A stretch of DNA of 8,921 nt from Octopus sinensis (lineage: Eukaryota), in contig NW_021828155.1 in assembly GCF_006345805.1 (NCBI RefSeq), positions 1-8,921 on the forward strand, written 5' to 3'. A program made the translations under genes and the position numbers. The notes under the pieces were generated by a model. The model had not been told where the DNA came from and did no database searches. It saw only the letters and a program-made list of their open reading frames with translations. This document shows, in pieces, positions 7,361 to 8,921 of the stretch. Numbering within the stretch: position 1 is the stretch's first letter; each line of letters opens with the position of its first letter.

Positions 7361-7826
7361 ACTATAATAACTCTCTGTAATATAGGACAACTGAGTTACG
7401 GTTGACCTGATGTTATTTAGCAACTGCCCTGCCATAAGGCCGGATGAATATCTTCTGACCTGGAGTTACATAACCATAACAATTTTTGTCTTGTACGGAT
7501 AATGGACATGAGACTGACTTGGGATTCTACAACAACTGATATTTGATATAAGACAACTCGAAGACGGATAAACATTGATTATGCAATAACAACTATAATA
7601 ACTCTTTGTAATATAGGACAACTGGGCTACGGTTGACCTGGTGTTATATAGCAACTGCCCTGCCGTTAAGCCAGATAAATATCTTCTGACATGGAGTTAC
7701 AGAACCATAACAATTTTTGTGTTGTACGGATAATAGATAGGAGACTGACCTGGGATTCTACAACAACGGATATTTGCTATAAGACAACTCAAAGACGGAT
7801 AAACATGGATTATGCAATAACAACTA
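7361..7826. repeat. 231-bp tandem duplication (2 units plus 4 nt)
   Basis: 7361-7591 against 7592-7822: 21 substitutions, no indels (~91% identical). Confidence 0.97.
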
Positions 7827-8298
7827 CCCGTGTTCTATAAAACGCTGAATAAAGGGTGAGCAACAAAATCGAGTGTGCCGAAGGCTTCTCGACTCAAGGA
7901 TGACTTGAGCATATACAAAAATGCTACCTGCCGTAGGACTGCAGACCGAGGATTACAAAAGCCTATGACTCGAGAACCACTAGATTAGATCAGATCTGGA
8001 GATAAAGAAAGAGAAAAAGGGAATGACAAAATACAAAACATTTAACCGTGAAAGACACAAGTTAGCCATTCAAAAACTCAATGAAAGTTAAGCTTAATTA
8101 TCAATTTATTGTTTGGCATCAAATTTACTACAGCAACAATGGAAATATGTCAGTGAGTAGTTTGCATACAGTGTGAGGAAAATCTTTATACCAAACGATA
8201 AACTAAAACAATTACAGCTTTTAAAACACTCAGTAGTCATTGAAAAACAGACGATAATATTTAACTTTACTTAAACATTTATTACTTGTTGTCAAACA

Positions 8299-8650
8299 AG
8301 CCGGTGAGCTGGCAGAAACGATAGCACGCCGGGTCAAATGCTAAGCGGTAATTCTTCTGTCTTTACGTTCTGAGTTCAAATTTCGCCGAGGTTGACTTTG
8401 CCTTTCATCCTATCGCGGTCGATATAATCGACTTAATCCCTTTATCTTTCCTTGTTTGTCCTCTCTGGTTTAGCCCCTTATGGGTAGTAAAGAAATAGGT
8501 ATTTTGTCTGTCTTTACGTTCTGTGTAGGTCGACTTTACCGTTCATCCTCTGGAGATCGATAATTAAGTACCAGTTGCGTACTGGGGTCGATCTAATCGA
8601 CTGGCTCCCTCCCCTAAAATTTCGGGCCTTGTGCCTAGAGAAGAAAAGAA
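8299..8650 (+). mobile_element. Dimeric tRNA-derived SINE, second copy, with internal deletions
   Basis: A-box-like sequence at 8310-8320 and B-box-like at 8373-8384. Same linker (...GGGTAGTAAAGAAATAGG) and tail (GGCCTTGTGCCTAGAGAAGAAAAG) as the 4418-4814 copy. No TSD found. Confidence 0.9.
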
Positions 8651-8830
8651 TGATTAGTGTGATGGACAAAATATTTAGCGGTATTTCTTCAGGCTCTTTG
8701 TCTTCTGGGATCAAATTCCACCGAGGTCGATTTTGCCTTTCATCCTTTCGGTGCCGATGACATAAATACCTGTTGAATACTGGGGTCGATGTAATTGACT
8801 CGCCCCTTCCCCCAAAATATCAGGCTTTGA
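8646..8830 (+). mobile_element. Older, more diverged monomer of the same SINE core, fused to the preceding tail
   Basis: TTTAGCGGTATTTC...GATCAAATTCCACCGAGGTCGATTTTGCCTTTCATCC...CTGGGGTCGATGTAATTGAC...CCCCCAAAAT aligns to the shared core. Confidence 0.8.
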
Positions 8831-8921
8831 AAGAATTTTTTGGTATCAATATTTCTACTGCAGGTGTGGAACTGCGTCAGTGACAAGGTCACAGGTTGTG
8901 TGACGTCAATTTTGAAACCAA

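Noticed and set aside
7376-7405. NIGQL(S/G)YG resembling the RCC1-repeat GQLG motif
   Set aside because: Followed immediately by a stop shared by both units; the related sub-repeats fall in different frames.
7466-7654. Minus-strand 62-aa ORF in the tandem repeat
   Set aside because: No recognisable domain, and the substitution bias does not favour this frame's third positions.
8299-8390. tRNA gene
   Set aside because: Only A/B-box-like motifs of a SINE head; I could not build a cloverleaf with an acceptor stem.
8514-8760. ORFs 8514..8714 and 8575..8760
   Set aside because: Entirely within SINE sequence.

Overview
AT-rich, repeat-dominated eukaryotic DNA. The dense (AT)n/(GT)n/(ATAC)n/trinucleotide microsatellites and the tRNA-headed SINEs match what I recall of octopus (cephalopod) genomes; this is not database-verified. 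No intact host protein-coding gene is supported, and most of the supplied ORFs are microsatellite or antisense artefacts. Main contents: a ~520-bp element bounded on both sides by (TAA)n (41-559); a 345-bp TA-flanked Tc2/pogo-like MITE (1017-1361); a decayed Tc1/mariner DD37D (maT-type) transposon on the minus strand (4361-6046), carrying a nested dimeric SINE with a 17-bp target-site duplication (TSD); a 231-bp tandem duplication (7361-7826); and a second dimeric SINE followed by an extra monomer (8299-8830). The points most worth a second look are a canonical-looking 97-nt intron in the transposon leader, a TACTAAC-type 3' splice site in a unique island, and the palindrome- and CTCF-motif-rich MITE core. 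I see no evidence of a new multi-gene system.
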